64,000 nt of DNA from Utricularia gibba (Eukaryota; Plantae; Magnoliophyta): assembly GCA_002189035.1 (NCBI GenBank), contig NEEC01000019.1:310001-374000 (forward strand), given 5' to 3'. A model generated the notes under the pieces. The model was given only the letters and a program-made list of their open reading frames with translations. It was not told the origin of the DNA and did not search any database. The translations under genes and the position numbers were made by a program. Shown here piece after piece: positions 25,438 to 38,317 of the stretch (its first letter is position 1; the number at the start of each line of letters is the position of its first letter).

Positions 25438-28400
25438 TGATGCATATCGTTTTCATAATAAATTTTAATATTTTTAAAACTCATAAAAACACAAAAGTAT
25501 AGTACGAGTGTTGAACATTGGGAGTTGTTTTTCCATGAAAGGTAAAGTTACACTGCATACAACAGTCACGATTTGTAAACACGTTTGGTAGTAAAAGGTG
25601 CAAGAAACGTAAATGATGAAGCTTGAGTAAGGGGGTAAGCAGGTTGTAAACAAACAATAGAAATAAACGTAAGCGATGAACCTTAATTAAAGCGAATGTT
25701 CCTGGGTTTGGAATCCTATCCAGCTATGCTCGTCGTGTCTTCAATCTTCTCTGATCTTTTCGAGTACTCAGTTATAGCAATAAAGAATTTTCTACCCTCC
25801 CTTACACTCTCTTGCAAAAAGGCACGGAAATAGCCCGCTATTGCTTCTCCTTAGACAAACGTGAAGATAAGAGGTCCTGCCAACATAATCTCACGGTCGA
25901 ATTGTGCACATGTGTCCAAGTATTGTCACTAACCCAATGAGTCCAAACATGAGGTCATTATTTGTCCATTGATCCTGAGGTATGGCCATAGAAAAAACAC
26001 TGTCTCCCTCCTACCAAAAAGGCATGAGTTGGTGCTCTTCACCTTGCTCCTCTTCAAAACTTGCAGATAGTGATCAACTAACCATTAATCTTGAATAAGC
26101 GGACTGTTACATAAAGACTGTAACATAGTCACACAAAGACATATGAAACTTGTTTGGATTCAAAGAAGAGATGAAAATAACTAAAGAAACATAGATTTGG
26201 GAGTATCTCAATCCAAAAACGGAAGTTTCTAGCCACGAATGGCCATTCAAACTAAGAAAATGAAAACAAGGTTCTAGAGAGAAGCTAGAGGAAAATCCTC
26301 TAGAGAGGTAAGCTAAGTCTAAAACTAAAACTTGAAAAGTGAATTGTGAATTGTCTGAATTGAACTAAACTTTAATGAAGCTTGGAGTGACTTGCAAGGA
26401 AGCTTCTATTCTGACACTTGTGCGCTAATGATTTTGCTTGTCAGAAACTCTCATGTATCGCACGTCAAGGCTCATGATTAGGCATCTGCAGTCTTCCGTG
26501 AATCAAGGAGATATCAGTTCGGGAAGATACATTTTGTCGCCATTTGCTACATTCTTTCTCACTTCATGGCATGTTTGTGCCTCTAGAAAAACTTAAACAA
26601 AACTAGTAAAAATATTAGATAAAATACAAGATTTAGGATAATTATCCTAATCTAGACAAAAATCAAAATCTTATATTATAGACTTCTAACTAGACAACTT
26701 TAATCACATTTAGACATAAAAACAACCTAAAAAATAGTGAGAAAATGACACTTAACACTCTTGACCTTGTTACTTCATGATATTCCCTTGATGTCAACTA
26801 AAGTTCAACCAATTGCTTGTTTGTGCTCTTGAAGCACAGCCTTGAGCTTCTCCTCTTGTTCCAAGGTTAGTGAACTAGAAACAATAACAGGTAGGGTCTC
26901 ATGGTTACCAAGAAAAAAATATTTCAAATGTTCGAGCAAAGTCTTTAACTCAAATGATGGTGCTCGAATAACGGAAGGCACTAGCGACTTGCTAGGTGTT
27001 TCCAGGCTAAGAAAAGAAATATCTTGAACATCAGGTTCATCTGGTAGGTTGTTTGAATGATGAAAAACTTCAAGATCAGCAAGAGAAAAATCTTTAGATT
27101 GAGCAATTTCGATGTCTAGATCATATTTGGTCTCTTGCTCATGGATCATCGCATAGTGATCAGTGTCAATTTCACATGTGGAGATCGCATGTATCTCATT
27201 GATCTAATCAGGATGCTTCATGGCTTTGTCAAGACTGAAGTCCAGCACCTATCCATCGAACTGAAGATTGATAGTGCCTGCTTGAACATCAATCTTTGTA
27301 CCTATAGTAGCCATGAATGGTCGTCCCAAAATAATTGACTCCGAGACCTTAGGGTTATCACTCTCCTTAGGAATAATCAAAAAGTCCGCCAGAAAAACTA
27401 AATCCTTAACATGAACAAAAACATCTTCAATTCTACCATATGGTGTAACTTGTGACGCATCTGCTAATTGACATACGACATTCGTCGGTTCAAGTTTTCC
27501 TAGCTTAGATGCAAGAGACAAGTAAAGAGATCTAGGCATAACATTGATGAGGCACCAAGATCACACATAACTACTGAAATCTTTGTATTTCTAATGGTAA
27601 AGGGAATTGAGAACATACCGGGATCCTTACACTTACGTGGTATTCTCCTTTAAATGATGGCTGAAATGTTTTCAATCAAAGGAATCATTTCTTGTTCCAC
27701 CTTTGCTTTCTTCTTTGAGTCACATAGGTCCTTCAACAACTTGACATACTTGGGAACCTATTTAATCATATCAAGAAGAGGAATAGAAACATTAACCTTT
27801 TTCATCATTTACATAAAAGTTTTCAGTCCTTTCTTGTCTTTATTCCTTCTTTGAAGCCTCATTGAGAAGAGTGGCAGCATGACCCATGGCTTGGTTTGAT
27901 GAACTTCACTTGCCTCCTTCTCCTGAACATCATTGAGTGGCTGCGGGACATCATTGTTCTACACTGGTAAGCCATCTGGATCCTCACAAATGATTTCTTC
28001 ATCGACATCAGAATCACTGTCTATGACCTTCAGCTCCTTGTCTTCGGATCTGTCCACCTTGTTTGTGAACCATGGATAAGGGTCTGGTAGGTCAGTTCCA
28101 CTTCTCAGCGAGATGGCATTGATGTGCTCTGGATTTTGCATCGGCTGTGATGGCAATCCTCCTTTTGTTTCCAAACAATTCATTGCTTGCGCAAGCTGAG
28201 TAATCTGGACTTGTATACTTGTGATTTGGCCCTTCATGTCCTTCTGCTCCACATGCATCTTGGAGGTGCTTTCAGCAAGGGATTTGACCATGGCCTCTAA
28301 ACTGTTTTGGTTGGTATGGAACCATGTGTTGTTATGGAGGTCCAGTTATCTGCAATGGTTGAGGTGTTCCCGTGATAGTCTTCTGAAAAATACCAGGTGG

Positions 28401-30338
28401 GTTCCCTAATGATGGTGCTTGACTAGGGGGTGCTGGTTGTTTTCAGCGAAAACCAGGATGGTCTCTTCGAGGCATCTGATAATTTCCATAATTGTACGTC
28501 CCTCTTTGGTTCTGATAAAAAGCACTGACTTCTTCTACCGGCATTTCATGAGCTCTCGGTCCTGGATCAATGTGAGATGGCATAGACTTGAGGCTCCTTG
28601 ATATCCTTCCTTTTGTTGAAGCAAGGCTTGAAGACTAGACTTCAACATGTCGATCATTGCTGCAAGTTGGGCCAATACTTATGAGTTGTCCACTCCATAG
28701 ACCACTTTCGTTGTTCCAATGTTTCCACCAGGTGGTTTATAGGAGTTATCATAACGATTGGTTGTGGAATAGGAATTAGCAGCCATTTGTTCAATGAGTC
28801 TTTGGGCATTAGCACTGTGACGGTTCGCTAATAATGATCCATTACAAGTGGCATCTATCTGTCCTCGTATCATAGGAGTCAATCCTTCATAGAAGTGCTG
28901 GAAGATCTGGTCTTCAGTGGGTCCATGCTGAGAATAGGAGTTGTAGTTTTCTCCTACATCATAGGAGTCAATCCTTCATAATACTCCTACAAGTTTTCTC
29001 CTTCACTCTACATCATGTAGTTAAGGCTCTTCTTCCGGCTAAAGCTCTTGCTAATGGTGCATAGCGATCCATAAATTTTTGAACCATCTGCTCCCATGTG
29101 GCGATAGATGAAGGGGCAAGTCCATAGAGCCACTCCAAAGCTCATTCAGTAAGATTGAAGGGAAACACTCTAAACTTGACTTGGGGCGCATGGATGCACA
29201 AGCCGTGTGCAACTCACGTGGATGATGGTTCGGGTCGTCATTTTTCCTTCCAAAAAACTTCGAAAGCGTCTGGAATAAGTAAGGACGTAGCTCATAGTCT
29301 TCTTCTCCGTCAAAGATGATGCATAAGGGACGGTCTGAATGATTTGCAGTGATTTCTTCCTTGATGGTCTGTAGTGCTGATCCACGGTTAGCGGGAGGTA
29401 ATACTGAAAAGTTTTCGTGATGCTGTTCTCCCTAGGTCTCAAGCACTACTAGTACTCCAATGGGTACATGAACTGGACGTCTACACCTTCCTTTTGGCAA
29501 GAAAGGTTCATTCCACCTCTTGGTCCAAAGGATATAGACAAAATGTAGTCTTCCTCCTGCTAGAGGGGCATGAGTTGGTGCTCTCCACCTTGCTCCTTTC
29601 CAAAACTCGCCGGTAGTGATCAGCTAACCATGAATCTTGAACAAGGAGATTGCTACAGAAAGACTGTAACATAGTTGCGCAAAAACATACGAAACCCGTT
29701 CGGATTCAAATAAGAGATGAAGATAAGCTAATGAAACATAGATTTGAGAGTATCCTGACCTAGAAACGGAAGTTTCTAATTGTGAACGGCCATACAAACT
29801 AAAAGAAATGAAAACAAATTCTAGAGAGAAGCTAGAGGAAAATCCTCTAGAGAGAGAAACAAAAGTCTAAAATTAAACTGAAAACTCATTGTTTAATGTA
29901 TGAACTGAACTGAACTTGAATGAGAGTTTGAGTTTTCGTGTCCCCTTGATTCTACTGGGAATTGAGGTGATTTGCACGAAAGTTCTGCTCTGATACTGGC
30001 CCGCTAATGATTTCGCCTGTCAGCAACTCCCGTGTTCCGCACGTCAAGGTTCATGATTAGGCATCTGCAGTCTTCCGAAAATCAAGGGAGTGTCAGCTTG
30101 GGAAGATCCATTTTGTCGCCATTTGCTGCCCTCTTTCTCTCACTTCCTGCCATGTGTGCGCCTCTAGAAAAACTTAATTAAAACTACCAAAATTATTAGA
30201 TAAAATACAAGATTTAGGATAGTTACCCTAAACTAGATAAAAACCGAAATCTCATATTGTAGACTCCTAATTAGACAACTCTAATCACATTTAGACATAA
30301 AAACAATCTAAGAAATAGTGAGAAAATGATACTTAATA
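25438..30338 (-). mobile_element. Deleted Athila-type element, same family as 47689-59212: partial 5'LTR 30338-~29545, gag/protease 29520-26800, 3'LTR 26757-25438
   Basis: The reverse complement aligns with 47689-48484, then 49274-52000, then the full LTR. The RT-RNH-INT-env block, the PBS and the PPT are missing. No TSD (CTCTA/CTAAT). Confidence 0.9.
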
Positions 30339-33300
30339 CTAATACAATCAAAATATAGTCTTGATCGTGTTTTTTATCAATTAATTCCTTTTTTCCTAAC
30401 TCAATATAATACTATTGTTAGGATCCTTAGGACTGATAGTCGCAAGGAATATAACAGTCATGTCATTTAGGACTTGTGTCATGAACTTGGTATTTTGCAA
30501 CATATTGCATGTCCTTATATGCCACAACAAAATGGCGTTGTAGAAAGAAAAGACCGACATTTACTTGAAGTTACTCGAAAGCCTTGATATTTTAGGTTCA
30601 TCTTCCAGCTTGTTTTTTGGGGGATGCTGTGCTTACAGCGATATATCTCATTAATAGAATATCTTGCTCTATTTTAGATTGGCAGTCTCCAATCGAAATC
30701 CTTACCAATTCACCATTTTCCTTATCACATCTTCGCATTGTGTGAATTCCACCAAGAGTGAGCACTTAAATGTATTTTTGTGGGTTATCTAAGTGGAGTT
30801 AAGGTTACAAGTTCTATGATCTTATTAATAAAAAGATAGTTGTCTCTCAAGATATTAAGTATAATGAAAATTTCTTCCCCTTTATTAACCATAGATCTGG
30901 CACTATTAATTCATTTACTGCAATTTTACCAGAATTGAATTTTTTCGATGATTTTCTACCATACACATTGAGTGATCATCATTTTACATCATCTATTGAT
31001 CCTTCTTTTTCTACTACTCCATACACCTTTCCACCACCAATATCTCCTAATGTGGTCACTTCTATTCCTATTCCAGACTCAATTCTTCACCTTTTTCATT
31101 GGATTCTTCATCTGATCCTTTAGTTAAAGAAGTTAATCTCTCTTCATTAGAAAATTCCCTTGTTCCTATTTTGCATTGGTCTTCCAATATTTCTCTTCAA
31201 CTAATATGGTTGCATGATTACATCTTTGATGTTATTGTCCCATCCACCCTACCCATTAATCTCTATATTTCTCTCCTCTTGAGAGTGACATACATGTGGT
31301 TGCTGTCACTACCTCTATTCCACCAAAACAGAGGTCCTATATTGAAGCTAAAGACATTTCAATATGGGAGGATGCCATGCAAAAAGAGTTCTCAGCTCAT
31401 AAATCATATAATACTTGGATTTTTATTGATGCTCCAACAAATTTTCAATCTATTGATTCTAAATGGGTTTACAAAAACAAATTGTTTAGTGATGATACCT
31501 TGGATCGTCATAAGACATGCCTTGTTGTCAAATGATATACACAAAAGTAGGTAAACATAAATAATGATTTTCTTCATGGATTTCTTGATCATCCTATAGA
31601 TATACGTACTTCTGATGGATATATGGTTGCTCAAAATAAAGTCTACCTACTTCAGCGATCTATATATGGCCTCAAACAAGCCTTGAGATAACGGAACTCA
31701 AAACTTTGTAAATTTCTTGCTACTATTGGCTTTCAAGTCATATTTGTCGATGCTTGCTTATTTATCAAGCCTCTGCCAACTATTATGATGCTTCTTATTG
31801 TATGTGTAGATGCTAGTTTGGTTACAAGGACCTCCTTGAAGGCTATCCAATAGGTAAATTTAGATCTTCATAATCATTTTACAATTAAGGATCTTAGAGT
31901 TGCCAAATATTTTTTAGGAGTTCATATTTCTTTGCTGAATTTTGATCCCACCTCTTCCTTGAAACCTGCTGCTTCTCTCATGCCTAAAAATTTTTGATTT
32001 TCATATAATGGAAACCAGCCTATTGTAGATTGGATCACTATAGTCAACTTCTTGAGCGTTTACTCTACCTTGGTTTTACATTTCCAGATATTGGCTATTG
32101 TGTGCAACAGCTATCACAATATATGAATGCTCCTATTGCACTTCATTCGACCATTGCTAATCAGATATTAGCTTATTTAAAGGGGAGTCCCACAATGGTT
32201 TATTTTATTCTGCTGATCATTCTTGTGATCTCATAGGTTATTGTGACTCAAATTGGATGGATTGCCCCGAAACGCAAAAATTAATGACACAAGACACCAT
32301 CTCTAAATCATTTATTGAGGTCGAATATAGTGCCATGAGTAATGTACCTGCTGAACGTCAATGACTCTTTTATTATTGGACTTATGCTAGTCTTGTCCTT
32401 TTTTCTATTCCACTTTGGTATGATAGCACTTCTGCAATCTCCATTGCTTTTAATCATGATTTTTATGAATGCAACAAGCATATTGAGATTGATTGTCATT
32501 ATAGTCGTAACCTCTACAAGGATGGTTTTCTTTGCCCAAGCTATGTACCATCTGAGTTTCAGCTTTCCGGCATTCTCAAGAAAGCTTTGGAGGTTGATCG
32601 CCAGCATTTTCTTGTTTGCAAACTCAACCTACTTCCCTGTGTTTGGGTTGCGTTTGAGGGAGGTATGTTGGTAAATCAACAATTGCTCTCTAAATGAGAT
32701 ATTGCTAAGAATAATAAAATTTAGGAAGATTACATTCAGGATCTCTATCTACCTTAATGAGTCATTGTATTATTTGAATATCTAATAACAAATAATCTTT
32801 TCTTTAATGCATTAACTTTTCCTTTTCTTTTTTATAAGGAGACTTTCTAGAATACAATCGTCAAAGGTTTCTTGCCCCAAAAATTCCTTGTCTTCTTCAT
32901 TATAGTTTTTCATTCTTGTTACCAAAAGATTTAGTGATTCTAACAAGTCAAGGTGGGGATTTGGGATTTTTGTCATTTGATATATGGCATTGCGACCAAA
33001 TGGGTGGGCGTGATCACTGTTTAAAAATAGATGACGTGTGCAATGGTGGAACAAGAATTCCATGAAGATGCTAAGTAGCTTAAGATGTAGTGCACCCGAG
33101 GAAGTAAATTGTGCCCTTCGACATAAGTAGCTTATGACATTTGGAATTGGTTTTCACTATTTAAAATATTGTCTCTTTATAATTTAATATCCATTATTTT
33201 GTTATAAGTAATCTTCAATATTTGATATATTGATGTTCATAATTCCCAATTGTTTAAATTCTACGTCGTCCAAAATTGCTATATTACAAAATTTTGAGGT

Positions 33301-33727
33301 TTTTTCGAATGAATTCTTTCAATTAATTATTTTTAAGGGATTACATTGATCATATCTTTTTATTTTTATCAATGTAGATACATTTAAATAAATTATACAT
33401 GAATGTAGATGAGATATATTCATAAAAACTCAAAAAGGAAATTGTCTAAAAAAATCCCATTAATTTGTATAATTTGAACACTCCTGCGTTTTGGTGCACC
33501 AACCTGATGCTTCAACACAACACATGAATAAATCCCTTCAAAGTACTCTTTATTAGACAATCCCAACGCGTATCAATCACGCGCACGTTTCCTCCGGGTC
33601 CCCCCTTCAACACAGAGTGTCAAAAATCTGTACATCAAAAACCTATTCGGGAAACACCAATGGCGTACATTGCGCATCCCCCGACCCTCCCCCCTGACCC
33701 TATTTGGGTCAGCAGCAACGGGGAGGG

Positions 33728-35640
33728 CTAACTGAAAGGGCCATCGGAAGACAGCATCTTCTTCAGCGTTTCGTACGTCATGAAGACGATTCCTACTCCG
33801 GGGACGACCTTGTAGTACTCAGGCAGGATACCCCTGTACAACCCACAGAGGCCTTCCTTGCGGATGATCTGCCGGAAAGTTCCAAACAGCCCTGTGTGGT
33901 AAACGCGGGCTTGACCAGCTGCACCTTCCAGTTGCATTCTTCGTCTGACGAGGTCCAGTGGGAATGTGGCTGCATATGCGATTTATAGTGTGAGGTTTCA
34001 TTTGCAGCAGCAGCAACGTCACTCAAAAACTCATTCTTTGAATTCAATTAGAGGCGAAAATCACACCTGTTGAGGAAGCCATGCCGGAGAGACTGCCACA
34101 CAGGAGGCTAGTTACAACGGTTGAATCGTTTGGCCTGGCACAAAACAGAAACTTTTAGTTTACTAATGTCTGTCTAAAACATCGCAATAAGAATGAGGCT
34201 TAACACTTGTCCAACCTGTGAGTCAGGCATTGAGTTTTCAATGCCTCGTAAACTGAAAAGCTTATGGCTAGGCTGGGTCCAACACCCTGCAACCCATCGC
34301 AGATGTCAAAGTATGAAACTCTGCCAGTAAAAAGCAAATTGGAAGGTAGCAGATAACGGTGGAGGGAAAAGGAGAAGAAAGAGAAGGGATGGGTACGGCA
34401 CAAATGTACACCAGTACCATTAAAGTTGCTCCTAGACCCTTGTATAGACCAAGAAAGCCTTCATCTTGACAGATGGTATGAAGCGCATGCCTTATGCCCT
34501 TATAGTACATCGTTTTCCTCTGTAAATCCCAAGCAACAACAAAGATGTGCAATGAAAATAAAAGTATTTCAACATACCAATTAGCTAATAGGGCTAAAAA
34601 TAAGAATTTCATACATTCTACAAACTGACATGCACATGCACATTCGATCATTACTTATGATTACATCCGAAACCATCCAACTCAGTTCACAAAAGGTTAT
34701 TCAAAGGTTCCAGGAAGGCGTCCTATTGAAATCAGTACCGCTTATTCAGACATTTAAACATGATCATAGCACCTCGGACCAACATACCATGAAGTTGATC
34801 GGTGGCACATATGAAAAAGACACGATTCCTACAATGAATGAGATAATAATAGTGACTGAATCTTTTTTTCTTTTTTCCAAAACGATGCTTTTACTAGAAG
34901 AGTGTCCGCACCTGAGCAGCCAGACGTGTTCTGACTAGATCCAAAGGGTATGTGGCCGTCGCAGCCGTCATTCCAGCTAACCCTCCACAGACAAAATGTC
35001 CGAGAATGTCACTATGTGGATTGTTCCAGTTACCGACACCAAGCATTGGAATTGAATTATAGATCTGCAAGCATATGTCACATTTTGAGAAAAAAAACAG
35101 AGTGCTTTTTAGTACCGATTATCAGACTGTAGCTCCAGCAGTCAACAGATTACAAATATAAGGGATACTCACGCTCTTGTATTGTTCATATGCATAAAAG
35201 CTGACCGAAGAATAAGGTATTCTATGTACTATTGTAACCAAATTCCCCTTCCAGAACGACCAAAAGCCTTCTTCATTGACTATATGCAAAGCCTCACGCC
35301 AAATACTAGTTTTCTCCATCGCCGCTACACCCGTATGCATTCCTTGCACCTAAGAAGGTAAACTGGAGTAAAAATCGACAGGATACCAAGATTACAGAAG
35401 GAAAAGACCTACTTTTCCCATTTGAAAACCGATAGAAACGAAGAAACTTAAAAAAACCTGAAATAAAATCGTTAATCGAGCGAGAGGAGCTGTACACGTC
35501 TTGCCGAAGGCACCCGCTACGCCTCCAGCAAGCAGCTGCTGGGCAGTACCAATCTGCGATACTTGCGGTTGGCGTTGTTGGTGATGATGCACAATCTTCC
35601 TCGTGGCGGAACCACCGTCAACAGCGACAGTAGCGTCCAT
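33728..35640 (-). CDS. Mitochondrial substrate carrier family protein (SLC25, At3g55640/At2g37890 type). Exons 35640-35458, 35349-35173, 35064-34912, 34519-34418, 34286-34216, 34134-34067, 33969-33728
   Basis: Three Px[DE]xx[KR]-type repeats (TAPLARL, TYPLDLVRTR, TFPLDLVRRR), plus EEGFWSFWKGN, DEGFLGLYKG and EGLCGLYRG. All introns are GT-AG and the frame is intact. Confidence 0.95.
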
Positions 35641-35924
35641 TGAGCGATGAAGAAAATAAAAACGAAATCCGAAGAACCTATCTCAAAATCTTCAGCAATC
35701 ACTACGAAATCAAGCCATATCAGCTACAAATTTCCACCCCAATTGTGGCTGGAAACAAACAAATAAACAAAAACCTGTTAAACTCTTCGGTATGAACAAG
35801 CAATATTTCTTGAGTTCGTCCACCTTTCGACGCTGATCGAGAAAGGGCGGTTTTCTCCTCCGCCTCCGGATTCAGGATGAAGATCGAAATGCGGGTTCCT
35901 CATAGGGCCTCGTTCTTATTTTTC

Positions 35925-35960
35925 AAGGCCCGTTACTCAGCCCAAACAAGGCCCAGATAA
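35925..35960. promoter_or_regulatory. Site II-like cluster upstream of the carrier gene
   Basis: GGCCCG, AGCCCA and GGCCCA lie within 35 bp. Site II (TCP-binding) motifs are typical of nuclear genes for mitochondrial proteins. Confidence 0.55.
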
Positions 35961-38317
35961 CAAAATGAACATGCACCGTGCCCAGGTTTTATTTACTAGG
36001 CAGAAGATTGCAGTAGATATGTAGTGAATTTCGATTATCAACATTTAAAATGAATAACTATATTTGGGAATTGTTGTGTATCAAATTATTAAATATAAAA
36101 AAATCATGAACAATAACATTATGGTACGTCTGAGTTTAAATCATCTATTTTTATATCAATTTGTTACATTAAAATAAATGAAAAAAGAATAAAACATTAT
36201 TTTTATTAAGAAATCGTGATATATAAAATACGGCAGCAAAAATAGGTTTTTTTTTTGTTTTTCTTTTTGTAGTGGCAGTCATTGATTAAGGGGCGGCCCC
36301 ACCGCCGCCGGCGTTGGGTATTGGGTCGCGAAATCCGGGGGGAGAAGCAAAAGATTTGTTAGGCAGGTGACGACGTCGTGTTACTTGCAGGCCGCATTAT
36401 TAAACAAATGTATAAAAAAACATTTGTCGTTATTCAATATTGCATCTCAGATTTTAATAATAAACTGTTTCTTTCGGGGTAAGAAAAATAAAAAATGAAT
36501 ATCCTACAGGCACGTTCGTTGTTCGCCGCGAACATCTTTGACTCCCTAATAGTTACCTCTTTTAGAGTCACCTTCAATTCCGGTTCATGGTGGCCCGGAT
36601 GAGTTGGTTAATCATTGGCTCCGCTCTAAAAATAACCACTCTGTCCTGTCATAGAAAAATAAAAAAAATTTATAATTATATTTATTATTATTATTATTTC
36701 ACATTTGATTTACAAACAAAAAAGAAAATTCATTTGTTATATTGTATTATATAATGAAGAAATTAAGTCAACAAACCCCAAAATTGAACATTTTGATAAA
36801 ATTACTCTTCACTTTTCAATAAAAATTGGATACTTTGTTGCTATTTGCAAAATCGATCAATAAGTACAAGGGCCTAATAGTAATATACTATATTGATTAT
36901 TGATGAAAAAATGGATATTACTATTATTGTATAAGACATTTTTTCCAAAATGTAAAAACATAAAACTATGAGATTGAATATTCAAAGAAGATAATATTAT
37001 ACAAGAAAGTACATGTCATAACACTTCCATAAAATTTCATGTACCAAACATACTTAATTTCTAAAGTTTTATACTTAAGTTATTTTTTTATCTTTCACTA
37101 TTTGAACATCTAACGTAACATATAACATTAAATAGTAAAAATATAATTAAAGGTGGATATGTCTTGCATATGTGACACATCACCCTTTTTTTCAAATCAA
37201 TTTGATCCGAAAATCAATTTTCGGAATACTTCATTTTTTATGGAAAATAAAATAGTTATTGAATACTAATTCTGACCCTCCGTCATAAATTATAACATAG
37301 GTTGATATTAAATTTATACTTTTTACATTGATAGTAATTATGCAGACAATGGAGCTCGTTGACTTATTATCATTGCCAAGGAGTTTTACGCCCAGAAATA
37401 TAAATTATTTTGAGAAATAACACTGACATATACGGAATAAAATAATAAATATATAGAAATTAGGCGTATTGTTTTTCACTTTTTAAAATAATAAAAAATA
37501 ACGGTAAAACGTGTTGTGCAGAGCAATTTTAGGGAAAGGACAACCATAGGCAAGGTACGTCATCAACTACCGAACCGGAACCGGTTCAACATGGGCCAAT
37601 GCTGCTTAAAATAAATATGTGTTATTGAAATATTCTGATTTATAAATAAATTTTAGTTAATCTCGACAAGGCGAGGGCGAGGGCGAGGGTGTGTTGGGTG
37701 GCGTGTGATGATGCAAGAGTAGAACCGACGTCCATCGTCTTCAAACTGGCAGTCAATATGCACAAGAGATCTTATCTGAAATAATTGCCTTAAAAAAATC
37801 AAAGAAAAAAGTGGATGCCTCGGATGGAGCAATGATTTCGGTGGGATACGTCGCGTATCTCTGTTGTGATTGCTGCTGCCATACTGTTTCAGTGGTGGGT
37901 TGTAGAAGCGTATGATTGTACTAGCAGGATACCGGCAATAGAAAGAACAGGGAGTCAGGGAAGTGGGAGTGGCTGGCTCCTTCCCAGCACCGCACTGGAG
38001 GTAATACACGGAGGAGGCGAGTATGCACAGTAATTGTGTCTTTCTACTGTGAACAATGACGACTTTTGTCTCTTACTTCGGCCCCTATTCGCCTATCTCT
38101 ATCCTCTGCGCTTTTTCTGTGTTCCCATAAAGGAAAACTACTGGTACAGAGATGGGGGGATGAGATGGGCATAAGAACGCAACCATAATCATTCATGGAA
38201 GCCTCCCGTTTCATCGTCTTTCCGGCATTCTCTTCACTGTTCTGGTAGGAGCCTCTCTGCCGTGTATGTGTATATATATGTACACACACAAACATAGTTC
38301 CTGCGTAAGTTGCATCC

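Larger units (their letters stand above)
11837..32945 (+). mobile_element. Old Ty1/copia element (Copia-A) split by nested insertions: 5'LTR 11837-12089, gag ~12110-13253, protease/GAG-pre-integrase 24731-25437, integrase ~30340-30880, RT ~31300-31930, RNase H ~32030-32630, PPT ~32650-32665, 3'LTR ~32666-32945
   Basis: Both LTRs start TGTTGGTAAAT, end (T/A)AACA and share internal blocks (CAGGATCTCT, TTGTATTATTTG, AATCTTTTCTTTAATG, GAATACAATCGTCAA, TTTTTCATTCTTGTTACCA). Domains are colinear and non-redundant: zinc knuckle CTKCKKSGHFAENC, WIIDSNAIAH, LWHCRLG, PQQNGVVERK, KWVYKNKLFSDD, IEVEY. TSD not recovered (ATTAC vs AGTCA). Confidence 0.75.

Noticed and set aside
36288-36630. Possible MITE with ends AGGGGCGGCCCC / GGCTCCGCTCT
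   Set aside because: The TIR match is short and imperfect and no convincing TSD is present.
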